From: a candidate division WOR-3 bacterium
GTDB taxonomy: Bacteria > Hydrothermota > Hydrothermia > LBFQ01
Length of the DNA: 61,457 nucleotides
Assembly (NCBI GenBank): GCA_015492295.1
Contig: WGFI01000019.1
Span: 1-61,457 of the forward strand
Reading direction: 5' to 3'
Below the pieces are notes generated by a model. That model searched no databases and had not been told where the DNA came from. It saw only the letters and a list, made by a program, of their open reading frames with translations. Below are positions 1 to 8,416 of the stretch, piece after piece. Numbering within the stretch: position 1 is the first letter of the stretch; each line of letters begins with the position of its first letter. The position numbers and the translations under genes were made by a program.

Positions 1-3
1 ACT

Positions 4-1389
4 TTAAAGAAGGTATATAAAGGTTATAACTGTAAAGATTGGGAGCAGAATTGGAAAAGAATATTTAATCATATAGGTGAAGAAGTCGGGCATCTTGAAA
101 CCCCATTCCTCCGCTATGGCTTTCACGAGGAAGTTTGGAGCGTTTCCTATGTAAGTGTTCGCACCCATGAATACCGCTCCTAAGGATATAGCAACCAGCA
201 ATTTTTCAGGTACACCTATGTGGGCGAGTTCCTGGGGTATGTGATAAACTCCGGGCATCTGCTCAGCCACACCTTGGGCCAATGAGAAGAAGGTTAAATA
301 TGTGGGGGCATTGTCAAGGAACGAGGATAACATACCCGTCGCCCAGAAAAATTGCCAAGGCTGAGTTATACCGAGTTCGGGACCTTTGGCTCTCAAAATT
401 TCAAGAGCCGGAACCATGGTTATGAATATTCCGAGGAAGAGAAATGCCACCTCCTTTATAGGTTCAAATGTGAAGTTGTTCTCCCTTCTCGTTTCGGAAT
501 TCATAGGCGAGGTTATTAAGGAAAGTATTGAAAAGAATATCATCACATATTCCCTGAGGAACTTTAATGGACCATGCATAAGGTTCCATTCCTCAAGCCT
601 GTTCGGGGTTATGAATATAACGGCGGCTAATACACCAAATAGCCATAAAAAGTTTATCTTCCCTTTGAGTCTTAAAGGACGGTATGCAGCTGCTTCCATC
701 TTCTCCATATACTCCTTTTCTCTCTTGTAAGCCCATGAATCCCATATATAGAATATCGTTAGGATTATTCCTATGGCCGTTAGCCATTCAATTATCAGTC
801 TCAGCGTCCAAAAGAAAGGTACCCCTCGCAGGTATCCTAAGAATAGAGGAGGGTCACCTATGGGAAGTAAGCACCCTCCTATATTGCTAACTACGAATAT
901 AAAGAATACGGGAATGTGGGCCGTTATCGCCCTCTCGGAGTTCGTTCTTAACAGTGGTCTTATGAGTATCATGCTCGCTCCCGCCGTCCCAAAGAAATTG
1001 GCTATAACCGCTCCTATGGCCAAGAAAATCGTATTTACCAGGGGGGTTCCTTTCAGATCCCCTTCAAGATAGATTCCTCCGGATATTATAAACAGGGATG
1101 CTACGAGGGTTATGAAGGCGAAGTACTCTTCCATGCTATGTATCAAGGGTTTCCATTCGTTTATTGAAAAGAATATCATAAGGGTCGGTATTGACCAGAG
1201 TAGGGCTAATATCAGCTTGTTCGTGTTGTTCTCCCAAAAGTGCGCCAAGCGATGCTCCGGATAATTCGCCGCTATGAATGACATCACCCCTATGGTCAGA
1301 AGGAGTCCTACGAAAGGTAGAACTGTCCATATAGGCAATTCAAGGGCTTTATGGGCTTCTTCCGCCGCTAATAATATGTTCAGAAGCAT
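4..1389 (-). CDS. Polytopic ion transporter, ArsB/NhaD (CitMHS-like) permease superfamily
   Basis: 461-aa ORF with many hydrophobic segments. Motifs PIGDPPLFLGY, FLDNAPTY and GNAPNFLV resemble NhaD/ArsB-type permeases. CTTTATAAT box lies 7 nt upstream of the ATG. Confidence 0.55.
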   Translation of the reverse strand: MLLNILLAAEEAHKALELPIWTVLPFVGLLLTIGVMSFIAANYPEHRLAHFWENNTNKLILALLWSIPTLMIFFSINEWKPLIHSMEEYFAFITLVASLFIISGGIYLEGDLKGTPLVNTIFLAIGAVIANFFGTAGASMILIRPLLRTNSERAITAHIPVFFIFVVSNIGGCLLPIGDPPLFLGYLRGVPFFWTLRLIIEWLTAIGIILTIFYIWDSWAYKREKEYMEKMEAAAYRPLRLKGKINFLWLFGVLAAVIFITPNRLEEWNLMHGPLKFLREYVMIFFSILSLITSPMNSETRRENNFTFEPIKEVAFLFLGIFITMVPALEILRAKGPELGITQPWQFFWATGMLSSFLDNAPTYLTFFSLAQGVAEQMPGVYHIPQELAHIGVPEKLLVAISLGAVFMGANTYIGNAPNFLVKAIAEEWGFKMPDFFTYMIKYSFPILLPIFTVITFIYLL

Positions 1390-1396
1390 AGCGGAT

Positions 1397-1405
1397 ATTA
1401 TAAAG
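1397..1405 (-). promoter_or_regulatory. Putative -10 element (CTTTATAAT) for transporter gene
   Basis: Reverse complement reads CTTTATAAT, then a 7-nt spacer (ATCCGCT), then the ATG at 1389. No SD. Confidence 0.5.
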
Positions 1406-1410
1406 AGGGT

Positions 1411-2412
1411 TCATTTTAGGTTATTTATTATTTTATCCGTATGCTCCTTCCAAGTTGGAAAATTTTTGGAAGTTTCTTTTGCCAAGGATGATATTGATTC
1501 CCTAAGGGTCTCATCCGAAGCCAGTTCTATGCAATAATCCCTAAACTCCTTTATTTTAAAATTACTCGCTATAAATCCATTCTTGCCGTTCCTGATTATT
1601 TCATCCGTTGAATGCGCCTTGAAGCTGACCGTTGGAAGCCCATATGTTAAGCTCTCTATCATAACGGCGGTTTTATTCCCGTAAATGTATGGCATTATTA
1701 CGAAGTCTATGGCCGAGTATATCACATTCATCTTGTAATGGGGATATTGTTCTATTATGATAGATTTATTTTCTTCTGACCAGGGTTGGAGGGTGCTTTT
1801 CAATCCTGAACCTACGAGTATCAAAGTGTAGGGATCCCTCTTGTTGTATATCTTCGGTAAAAATTGCACCCCTTTAAATTTACTGTTCCTTCCTATAAAA
1901 GCACCTATGGTTTTATCCAAGGGTAGATTTAATATCCTTCTACTTGTGATCTTATTCAGTCTCTTATACTCGGGCTTGGGGTTGGGTAGCATTATATAAT
2001 TTACCTTGTACTTTTGGGCTAACCTATCTCCCAAGGATCCGTCGTCGGTTATAAGGTAGAGATCGGCGCCTCCTTTAAACGCCAAATCCAATTTCCTGTA
2101 TCTCCATAGATGAATGGGATATAGAATCTTGTTTATGATGCGTAAAGGGAATCTCTCAAATATCCCGTATATGCTAACCACAAATTTCCTAACTTTTATA
2201 TCTCTCATCAATTCCCTTGCGTAGGGGTAGGGTATTTCGGACTGACACCATAAGGTATGGTAATATCTATCGGAGGGTTTCTCGCCTACGGATATAACTT
2301 CATATTCCATGTATCTCCTTAATTCTCGCTTTAAATAAAATATCTCGGGATAGGAATAAACCTCATCCTTGAACCATTCCTCCTTCCAAGGTGTTATTAT
2401 AAGGACTTTCAA
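1411..2412 (-). CDS. Glycosyltransferase, GT-B fold (GT1/GT4-like)
   Basis: 333 aa. The C-terminal half (LILVGSGL ... ESLTYGLPTVSF ... EIIRNGKNGFIA) matches the glycos_transf_1 pattern. TTG start. Confidence 0.6.
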   Translation of the reverse strand: MKVLIITPWKEEWFKDEVYSYPEIFYLKRELRRYMEYEVISVGEKPSDRYYHTLWCQSEIPYPYARELMRDIKVRKFVVSIYGIFERFPLRIINKILYPIHLWRYRKLDLAFKGGADLYLITDDGSLGDRLAQKYKVNYIMLPNPKPEYKRLNKITSRRILNLPLDKTIGAFIGRNSKFKGVQFLPKIYNKRDPYTLILVGSGLKSTLQPWSEENKSIIIEQYPHYKMNVIYSAIDFVIMPYIYGNKTAVMIESLTYGLPTVSFKAHSTDEIIRNGKNGFIASNFKIKEFRDYCIELASDETLRESISSLAKETSKNFPTWKEHTDKIINNLK

Positions 2413-2423
2413 CTCAGGAAAGG

Positions 2424-2433
2424 ATTTTAAAGG
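2424..2433 (-). promoter_or_regulatory. Putative -10 element (CCTTTAAAAT) for GT1 gene
   Basis: Reverse complement reads CCTTTAAAAT, then an 11-nt spacer, then the TTG at 2412. Confidence 0.45.
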
Positions 2434-2476
2434 GGCCGATTTTGATTTTGGTTAACATAAGTTTCCTTATGTGCAG

Positions 2477-3157
2477 TCAAAATATCCTTCTGATTTTCGC
2501 TTTCTCGCTTATCTCCACGAATATGACGCTCATGGCGCAGTTTATTATTAAAGTTTTCCCAAGAACTTTATAACTCCCACCAAAATTGTGGCAATGACCC
2601 GATATTACCAGTCTTATGTTTTCCGAATATTTCTCAACATATTCCCTTAAAACCTCGCTTCCTATGTTTATACCTCTCGGAATCCTATCAAGTATCCCAT
2701 AAGGTGGCATATGGGAGACCAATATTATATTCCCATTTTGAGGAATATACTTTTCCAATAACCCTTCAATTTCCTTTTCATCTATTTTATTTATACCTGC
2801 TATGAACCCTGAAGAACCTGGAATTCCAATAAAAGTGAAATTCCTACATCTAAAAGCCCTCTTACTTAACCTTATAGCCCCAAAGATCCCTAAGTCCATA
2901 GGGGGATCATCGTTTCCTTCAACATATAAAAGGCCTATCTTAGGAAAATTGACTATTCTTATAAAATCCTCTTCGGAAGGTTTCCCATACCTTTTAAACC
3001 ACATCTTTGCGTACTCTCCGGCATCCGCAGGTATCAGGTTCAATATACCATCCCCAGCGAAGATCAGGACGTCGCTTTCCTTAATCCTCCGCAGAATCTT
3101 TATAAGGAACGATGAGTTTAAGGCATTTTGCCAGTCCGAAAAGCAAACGATTTTCAA
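2477..3157 (-). CDS. Calcineurin-like metallophosphoesterase
   Basis: 226 aa. Motifs VLIFAGDG, EGNDD and ISGHCHN match the metallophosphoesterase signature blocks. TTG start. Confidence 0.7.
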   Translation of the reverse strand: MKIVCFSDWQNALNSSFLIKILRRIKESDVLIFAGDGILNLIPADAGEYAKMWFKRYGKPSEEDFIRIVNFPKIGLLYVEGNDDPPMDLGIFGAIRLSKRAFRCRNFTFIGIPGSSGFIAGINKIDEKEIEGLLEKYIPQNGNIILVSHMPPYGILDRIPRGINIGSEVLREYVEKYSENIRLVISGHCHNFGGSYKVLGKTLIINCAMSVIFVEISEKAKIRRIF

Positions 3158-3165
3158 GATCGGAG

Positions 3166-3175
3166 ATTTTAAGGG
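3166..3175 (-). promoter_or_regulatory. Putative -10 element (CCCTTAAAAT) for phosphoesterase gene
   Basis: Reverse complement reads CCCTTAAAAT, then an 8-nt spacer, then the TTG at 3157. Confidence 0.45.
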
Positions 3176-3202
3176 TGTATAAGGGGAGTAGATTTATCTA
3201 TC

Positions 3203-3238
3203 ATAATAGAACAAAATAAATTCTATTATAATAGAATT
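3203..3238. promoter_or_regulatory. Perfect 20-bp palindrome plus an extra half-site in a divergent intergenic region
   Basis: AATTCTATTATAATAGAATT (3219-3238) is its own reverse complement. A further ATAATAGAA half-site lies at 3203-3211. The site lies between the divergent phosphoesterase and manC-like genes. Confidence 0.45.
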
Positions 3239-3277
3239 GTTGTTCGCGGACAAAGGACAAACAAACATTTTCATCGG

Positions 3278-3283
3278 TATAAT
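3278..3283 (+). promoter_or_regulatory. Putative -10 element (TATAAT) for manC-like gene
   Basis: CATCGGTATAAT, then a 9-nt spacer, then the ATG at 3293. No SD. Confidence 0.5.
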
Positions 3284-3292
3284 ACACAAACT

Positions 3293-4276
3293 ATGAAAAA
3301 GGTGGCCTTAATAATGGCTGGTGGAAAGGGTGAGAGGCTTTGGCCTTTATCCACCTACGAAAAACCCAAGCAACTTATACCCCTTATTGAGGGCAAAACC
3401 TTACTTGATATGGCCATAGAAAGGGTAAAAGATTTGGCGGATTTTATCGTACTTACCAATGAAACCGTAGCTAAGAAATTAAATTCAAACCTTCCCATGA
3501 TCGTAGAACCCATACCCAAGAATACGGCTCCCGCCCTGATATACGCAACCTATCGGATTCATAAAACTTATGGAAACACGCTTATAGCGGCCCTACCCTC
3601 GGATCACTATATAACTCCCCTCGATAAATTCCGAAAGGACCTGAGTATGGCGTTTGAATACGCTTATAGAACCAAGAATATCATAACCTTCGGAATAAAA
3701 CCCACTCATCCCCATACTGGATACGGGTACATAGAGAGAGGTGAAAGGATCGCCTATAGGATATATAAGGTCCTAAAATTTCACGAAAAGCCGAATATGG
3801 AAAAGGCAAAAGAATATCTCAAATCCGGAAGGTTCTATTGGAATTCGGGGATGTTCGTGTGGGAAAGTGAAAGCTTCTTGAAAGAGGTTGAAATATTGGC
3901 GAAGGACATATATGAAATTTTGAATTTGCCGAAGGAGGAATTCTTCAAGGAGGTGAAGAACATATCAATAGATTACGCTATAATGGAAAAAACCGAGAGG
4001 ATAATGGTCATAGAAGCAGGATTCAACTGGATAGATGTGGGATCCTACGGAAGTTTATATGAGATTCTTCCGAAGGATGAGGATGGAAACGCTTATATGA
4101 ATAATAGACCTTTAAGCATAAAATCACGAAACAACCTCTCAATTTCAAAAAATACGGTCGTTTTCATAGGTTTGGAAAATGTGGCGTTGGTTGAGAACGA
4201 AGGAATAATAATGGTTTTAAACCTGAACAATGATCAGGATGTCAAGGAAGCCGTAAGAAAGTTTTCAAATTTATAG
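3293..4276 (+). CDS. Mannose-1-phosphate guanylyltransferase-type sugar nucleotidyltransferase
   Basis: 327 aa. N-terminal IMAGGKGERLWPLS nucleotide-binding loop. YGYI and FHEKP blocks are typical of GDP-mannose pyrophosphorylases. Confidence 0.7.
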   Translation: MKKVALIMAGGKGERLWPLSTYEKPKQLIPLIEGKTLLDMAIERVKDLADFIVLTNETVAKKLNSNLPMIVEPIPKNTAPALIYATYRIHKTYGNTLIAALPSDHYITPLDKFRKDLSMAFEYAYRTKNIITFGIKPTHPHTGYGYIERGERIAYRIYKVLKFHEKPNMEKAKEYLKSGRFYWNSGMFVWESESFLKEVEILAKDIYEILNLPKEEFFKEVKNISIDYAIMEKTERIMVIEAGFNWIDVGSYGSLYEILPKDEDGNAYMNNRPLSIKSRNNLSISKNTVVFIGLENVALVENEGIIMVLNLNNDQDVKEAVRKFSNL

Positions 4277-4325
4277 ATGACCAACATACTCCTTTAAAAA
4301 TTTTTCCGGGTGATAATTCCTTGAT

Positions 4326-5465
4326 ATGAAAGTAGGAACCATATGCGTTCATGCCGGGTTGGAACCCGATGAAATAACGGGAGCGGTATCTCCCGCTATA
4401 TACCAAACATCAACCTATGTGCAGGATGAACCTGGAAGGCCGAGGAGAGGAATATACGATTATAGTAGAACTATAAACCCCACGAGGGAGAAGCTTGAAA
4501 GGGCGATAGCGGAACTTGAAAAGGTAAAATATGGCTTAGCATTCTCATCAGGCATGGGGGCGATTAACACAATACTACAATCGTTAAAAGCAGGATCTGT
4601 GGTACTGTGCGAGGAAGACGCTTACGGTGGAACCAAGAGACTTTTAAACTATTATAACAGAACAAATTACCTCAGGGTGATATATACGAACTTTAAGGAT
4701 TACGATAACTTAGCGAGGACGATAAAGGAAACCAAACCGGATATGATATGGTTTGAAACCCCGACCAACCCCCTTATGAAGGTTATAGACATATCCAAGG
4801 TGGTCAATATCAGGGATGAGCATAGTAAGGATAGTATAATAGTCGTGGATAATACATTCGCATCCCCCGTTATACAGAATCCCGCCCTATTGGGTGCGGA
4901 TATAGTTGTGCATAGTGGAACGAAGTACATAGCGGGACACAGCGATGTTGTGATAGGTTTGATAGCCACAAATAGGGAAGATATATATGAGAGATTGAAA
5001 TTTTTGCAGAACGCATCGGGAGCGGTACCCGCCCCCTTTGACTGTTTTCTAACCCTCAGAGGTATAAGGACTTTGCATTTGAGGATGAAGGTTCATAGTG
5101 AGAATGCTTCAAAGATAGCGGAATATCTGAGATCCAACGATAAGATTGAGGAGGTCTATTATCCAGCTTATGATTCGGAGCACAGGAATCAGATGAGATT
5201 GCCGGGAGGGATGCTTTCTTTCAGGTTGAAAAGGGGGCTATCACCCGTGAAGTTCTTAAAATCTCTAAAATTATTTATGATAGCCGAGAGTCTGGGAGGC
5301 GTTGAGAGTTTAATATCCATACCCGCGATCATGACGCATGCGTCCATACCTGAGGAGGAGAGGATAAGGAGGGGTATAGATGAGTATCTTATAAGGGTAT
5401 CGGTGGGTGTTGAGGATGTGGAGGATCTCTTGAATGACATTAAAGAAGCCCTTTCAACCTTATAA
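4326..5465 (+). CDS. PLP-dependent Cys/Met metabolism enzyme (cystathionine gamma-synthase / beta-lyase family)
   Basis: 379 aa. HSGTKYIAGHSDV contains the PLP-lysine block. The overall pattern is MetB/MetC-like. Confidence 0.8.
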   Translation: MKVGTICVHAGLEPDEITGAVSPAIYQTSTYVQDEPGRPRRGIYDYSRTINPTREKLERAIAELEKVKYGLAFSSGMGAINTILQSLKAGSVVLCEEDAYGGTKRLLNYYNRTNYLRVIYTNFKDYDNLARTIKETKPDMIWFETPTNPLMKVIDISKVVNIRDEHSKDSIIVVDNTFASPVIQNPALLGADIVVHSGTKYIAGHSDVVIGLIATNREDIYERLKFLQNASGAVPAPFDCFLTLRGIRTLHLRMKVHSENASKIAEYLRSNDKIEEVYYPAYDSEHRNQMRLPGGMLSFRLKRGLSPVKFLKSLKLFMIAESLGGVESLISIPAIMTHASIPEEERIRRGIDEYLIRVSVGVEDVEDLLNDIKEALSTL

Positions 5466-5466
5466 T
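5458..5466 (+). promoter_or_regulatory. Putative internal -10 element (TTTCAACCTTATAAT) overlapping the metB-like stop codon
   Basis: CCTTATAAT at 5458-5466 contains the TAA stop of the upstream gene. A 6-nt spacer separates it from the ATG at 5473. Confidence 0.45.
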
Positions 5467-5472
5467 CTTCGC

Positions 5473-6267
5473 ATGCTTGACATAGGAGAATTTAAGGATG
5501 TTATAGAGTTTTATGAGGAGATAACGGCCAAGGAGATAAGACCTTACCGACTGGAAATTGATAGTAATAAGGATCTCTTCATGTCCAAGCTAAATAAGCT
5601 CAGGGAGTTGGGGGCGATTGATAAGGATGTTAAAGATTTTCCCCTATACATAAAGCTGATAGCCGTGATGATCTTAGCGAGGGGAGACGCATCAATGGCC
5701 CAACATGCCATAAAGACCTTGCTGTTGGGTGATGATGTGGGTGTGATGAGATCCGAGAAGCTCGCGCAGTTCTTTGAATCGGAGAGGTACTACTTCAATG
5801 GGAAGTTTGGAAGATTTAAGGGAAAGTACGTTGAAACCCTGGGATTGAGAATGTGCGGTTGGGCCATCGGGGAGTTTCATCCCGAGGAGGACGCGGACGA
5901 GGGTATAGAAAATACCCTACTCTCTTATGATCTCGCTACGCTCATAGGAGTATCGGAGGAGGCTATATTGGAAGCCGAGCGTTATGCGAAAAATAGAAAG
6001 GCATTCGGAAAACCTATATACGAATTTGAGGAGATAAGGGGATTTATAGATAGAGGGAAATCGTTGGTTGAAGGCGTAAGGTGGGCCCTCTTAAATTTGG
6101 ATGATCCCAACATCCTCGTATATTCCGTCCTTGATACCGCCTACTATTGCACCGACAAGGCCCTTCAAATATTCGGAGGATACGGTTTTATAATTGATTA
6201 TCCCGCCCAGAAGTTCCTAAGGGACGCGAGGATGTTGAGGAGCCTGCTAATAAGAAAGATACAATGA
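5473..6267 (+). CDS. Truncated acyl-CoA dehydrogenase-like protein
   Basis: The start was moved from 5434 to Met14 (5473) on the promoter-motif evidence. The C-terminal region (AERYAKNRKAFGKPI ... QIFGGYGFIIDYPAQKFLRDARM) is ACAD-like. The protein has only 264 aa and ends before the usual IYEGT block. Confidence 0.5.
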   Translation: MLDIGEFKDVIEFYEEITAKEIRPYRLEIDSNKDLFMSKLNKLRELGAIDKDVKDFPLYIKLIAVMILARGDASMAQHAIKTLLLGDDVGVMRSEKLAQFFESERYYFNGKFGRFKGKYVETLGLRMCGWAIGEFHPEEDADEGIENTLLSYDLATLIGVSEEAILEAERYAKNRKAFGKPIYEFEEIRGFIDRGKSLVEGVRWALLNLDDPNILVYSVLDTAYYCTDKALQIFGGYGFIIDYPAQKFLRDARMLRSLLIRKIQ

Positions 6268-8027
6268 GGACCCAGATTGTTCTTACGATACTTACGGGAA
6301 TATTTTTCATTCTGTCCTTGAAGTACGAAATCGCATGGATAGGAGCGTACTTATTCGGAAGCATATATACCCTACGATCAACGATAGAATCCTTGAGGCA
6401 TAAGGATGTTGATGTTGATCTCCTTATGCTTTTGGGAGCCTTAGGAGCCGCCTATCTTGGAAAGTTCCATGAAGGCTCATTCTTACTTTTACTCTTCAAC
6501 ATAGGAAGCACGCTTGAAAGTTATGCGTTTAAGATAAGCAGAGAATCCTTAAAATCCCTATTATCTTTGAAACCCGAAAAGGCCAAGGTCCTTAAAGATG
6601 GAAACTTCGTTGAAGTTCCGGTTGAGGATGTAAGGGTGGGTGATAGGATTCTCGTTAAGGCCGGTGAGAGGGTTCCCGTTGATGGTAAGATCATAAAAGG
6701 AAAATCGTCCGTTGATCTGTCCGTAATAACCGGCGAGTATATACCCGAGATTAAAAAGGAAGGTGATACGGTGGTTGCAGGTGCCCTCCTCATAGACGGT
6801 TCCTTAGAGATAGAGGCGGAAACCACATCAAAGGAGAGCACCATTGAGAAGATAATAAACTTGGTGATGAAGGCCCAGGAGTACAAAAGCAAAACCCAGA
6901 CTTTGGCGGACTGGATAGGAAAAAGATATACGATAGCCGTACTTCTCTCAACACCTTTGGTTTATCTGATATTTCATGTTATTTATGGGAGTTTTGATGA
7001 GGCCTTTTATAGGACTTTGATACATCTCGTCGTATCATCCCCATGCGCCTTCGTGATCTCAACGCCCATATCCGTTATGTCCGCCATAGCATCCTCCGCG
7101 AAAAGAGGAATATTATTTAAAGGTGGCGCCGTGGTTGAGGAGATTCACAAAGTAAAATGGATAGCAATGGATAAGACGGGAACGATAACCATCGGAAAAC
7201 CGAGAGTTAAAGACATAGAAGTCGTATGCAACTGCCATGATAAATTGGACATACTCTCAATAGCGGCTTCGTTGGAGTATCATATAACCCATCCGATAGC
7301 TGAGGCGATAGTTAAAGAAGGTGAAAGAAAGAAAATAGAGATCCAACCTGTCAATGATGTTCAATATATACTGGGGTACGGCGTAAAGGGGAAGCTGAAC
7401 GGCAATCTATGGGAGATAAGCTCCGACAGATCAAGGGAGGGTATGGTTTTGAGCGTTAAGAAGGATGGTAAGGAGGAGGCGAAGATAATACTTGAAGATA
7501 AGCTGAGGGAAAACGCTAAGGAAGCTCTGGATAGATTAAAAAGTATGGGGTACAGAATCATAATAATCAGCGGGGATAAGGACGCGAATGTTAGAGAAAC
7601 AGCGGAAAAGGTGGGTATAAGGGATTACATTTCGGAGGCATCACCCGAAAGGAAGCTCGCGGAGATAAGGAAGCTCAGTGAGGAAGGTGGATGCTGTATG
7701 GTCGGCGATGGTATAAACGATGGTCCCGCATTGGCCGCGGCCACCTTCGGAATCGCCATGGGAACCTTAGCCTCCGATGTTGCGGTTGATGTTGCGGATG
7801 TCAATGTACTTTCGGACAATCTGAAAAATCTTCCGAAGGTATTTGAATACTCAAAGAAATCTTACAGTGTTATACTTCAAAATATAATCATATCCTTAGG
7901 ATCAATCGCCATAATGATAATCCTCAACCTGGTCGGGACTATAAACATAATGTGGGGTGTTCTGGGACACGAGGGGACCACCGTTATCGTGGCGTTGAAT
8001 GGCCTGAGACTGCTCTTTATGAGATGA
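6264..8027 (+). CDS. P1B-4-type heavy-metal translocating P-type ATPase (Co/Zn/Cd class), no N-terminal metal-binding domain
   Basis: 587 aa. It has DKTGTIT, GDGINDGPAL, an SPC motif in a transmembrane helix (VVSSPCAFV) and a C-terminal HEGTTVIVALNGLRL signature. ATGA overlap with the next gene. Confidence 0.85.
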   Translation: MRTQIVLTILTGIFFILSLKYEIAWIGAYLFGSIYTLRSTIESLRHKDVDVDLLMLLGALGAAYLGKFHEGSFLLLLFNIGSTLESYAFKISRESLKSLLSLKPEKAKVLKDGNFVEVPVEDVRVGDRILVKAGERVPVDGKIIKGKSSVDLSVITGEYIPEIKKEGDTVVAGALLIDGSLEIEAETTSKESTIEKIINLVMKAQEYKSKTQTLADWIGKRYTIAVLLSTPLVYLIFHVIYGSFDEAFYRTLIHLVVSSPCAFVISTPISVMSAIASSAKRGILFKGGAVVEEIHKVKWIAMDKTGTITIGKPRVKDIEVVCNCHDKLDILSIAASLEYHITHPIAEAIVKEGERKKIEIQPVNDVQYILGYGVKGKLNGNLWEISSDRSREGMVLSVKKDGKEEAKIILEDKLRENAKEALDRLKSMGYRIIIISGDKDANVRETAEKVGIRDYISEASPERKLAEIRKLSEEGGCCMVGDGINDGPALAAATFGIAMGTLASDVAVDVADVNVLSDNLKNLPKVFEYSKKSYSVILQNIIISLGSIAIMIILNLVGTINIMWGVLGHEGTTVIVALNGLRLLFMR

Positions 8028-8416
8028 AATTCCTCAAAGATTATATCAACAGAATAAAATCTCGCAGTGAAAAGTACCATTGGGTGGGAATCTATCTCTT
8101 AAAGGATGATAAGCTCCACCTCTATCCTTATTACATCGGAAGACCAACTCCACATGAGGTTATACCTATAAGCAGGGGAATATGCGGGGCGGCGGTTAGG
8201 GAAGGGATAACCATAAATGTCCCAAATGTCAATGAGGATCCGAGATATTTGGCATGCTCAATACACACGAAATCCGAAGTGGTCGTCCCTATAAGGAACA
8301 AAAGGGGGGAGATAGTTGGGGAGATTGATATAGACAGCGATATGGAAGATGCCTTTGATGAAGACGATATAAGGTTCCTTGAATCCATAGCGAAAGAGAT
8401 AGGGGAGAGATTATAA
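8024..8416 (+). CDS. GAF-domain protein (free methionine-R-sulfoxide reductase-like)
   Basis: The start was set at the ATG at 8024, which overlaps the ATPase stop (ATGA). Blocks GICGAAVREG and YLACSIHTKSEVVVP resemble the YebR/fRMsr-type GAF family. Confidence 0.6.
   Translation: MKFLKDYINRIKSRSEKYHWVGIYLLKDDKLHLYPYYIGRPTPHEVIPISRGICGAAVREGITINVPNVNEDPRYLACSIHTKSEVVVPIRNKRGEIVGEIDIDSDMEDAFDEDDIRFLESIAKEIGERL

Noticed and set aside
4277-4325. Possible riboswitches upstream of the metB-like gene, purC (57707-57715) or ribE
   Set aside because: The upstream non-coding spaces are only 0-49 nt, far too short for SAM, purine or FMN riboswitch aptamers.
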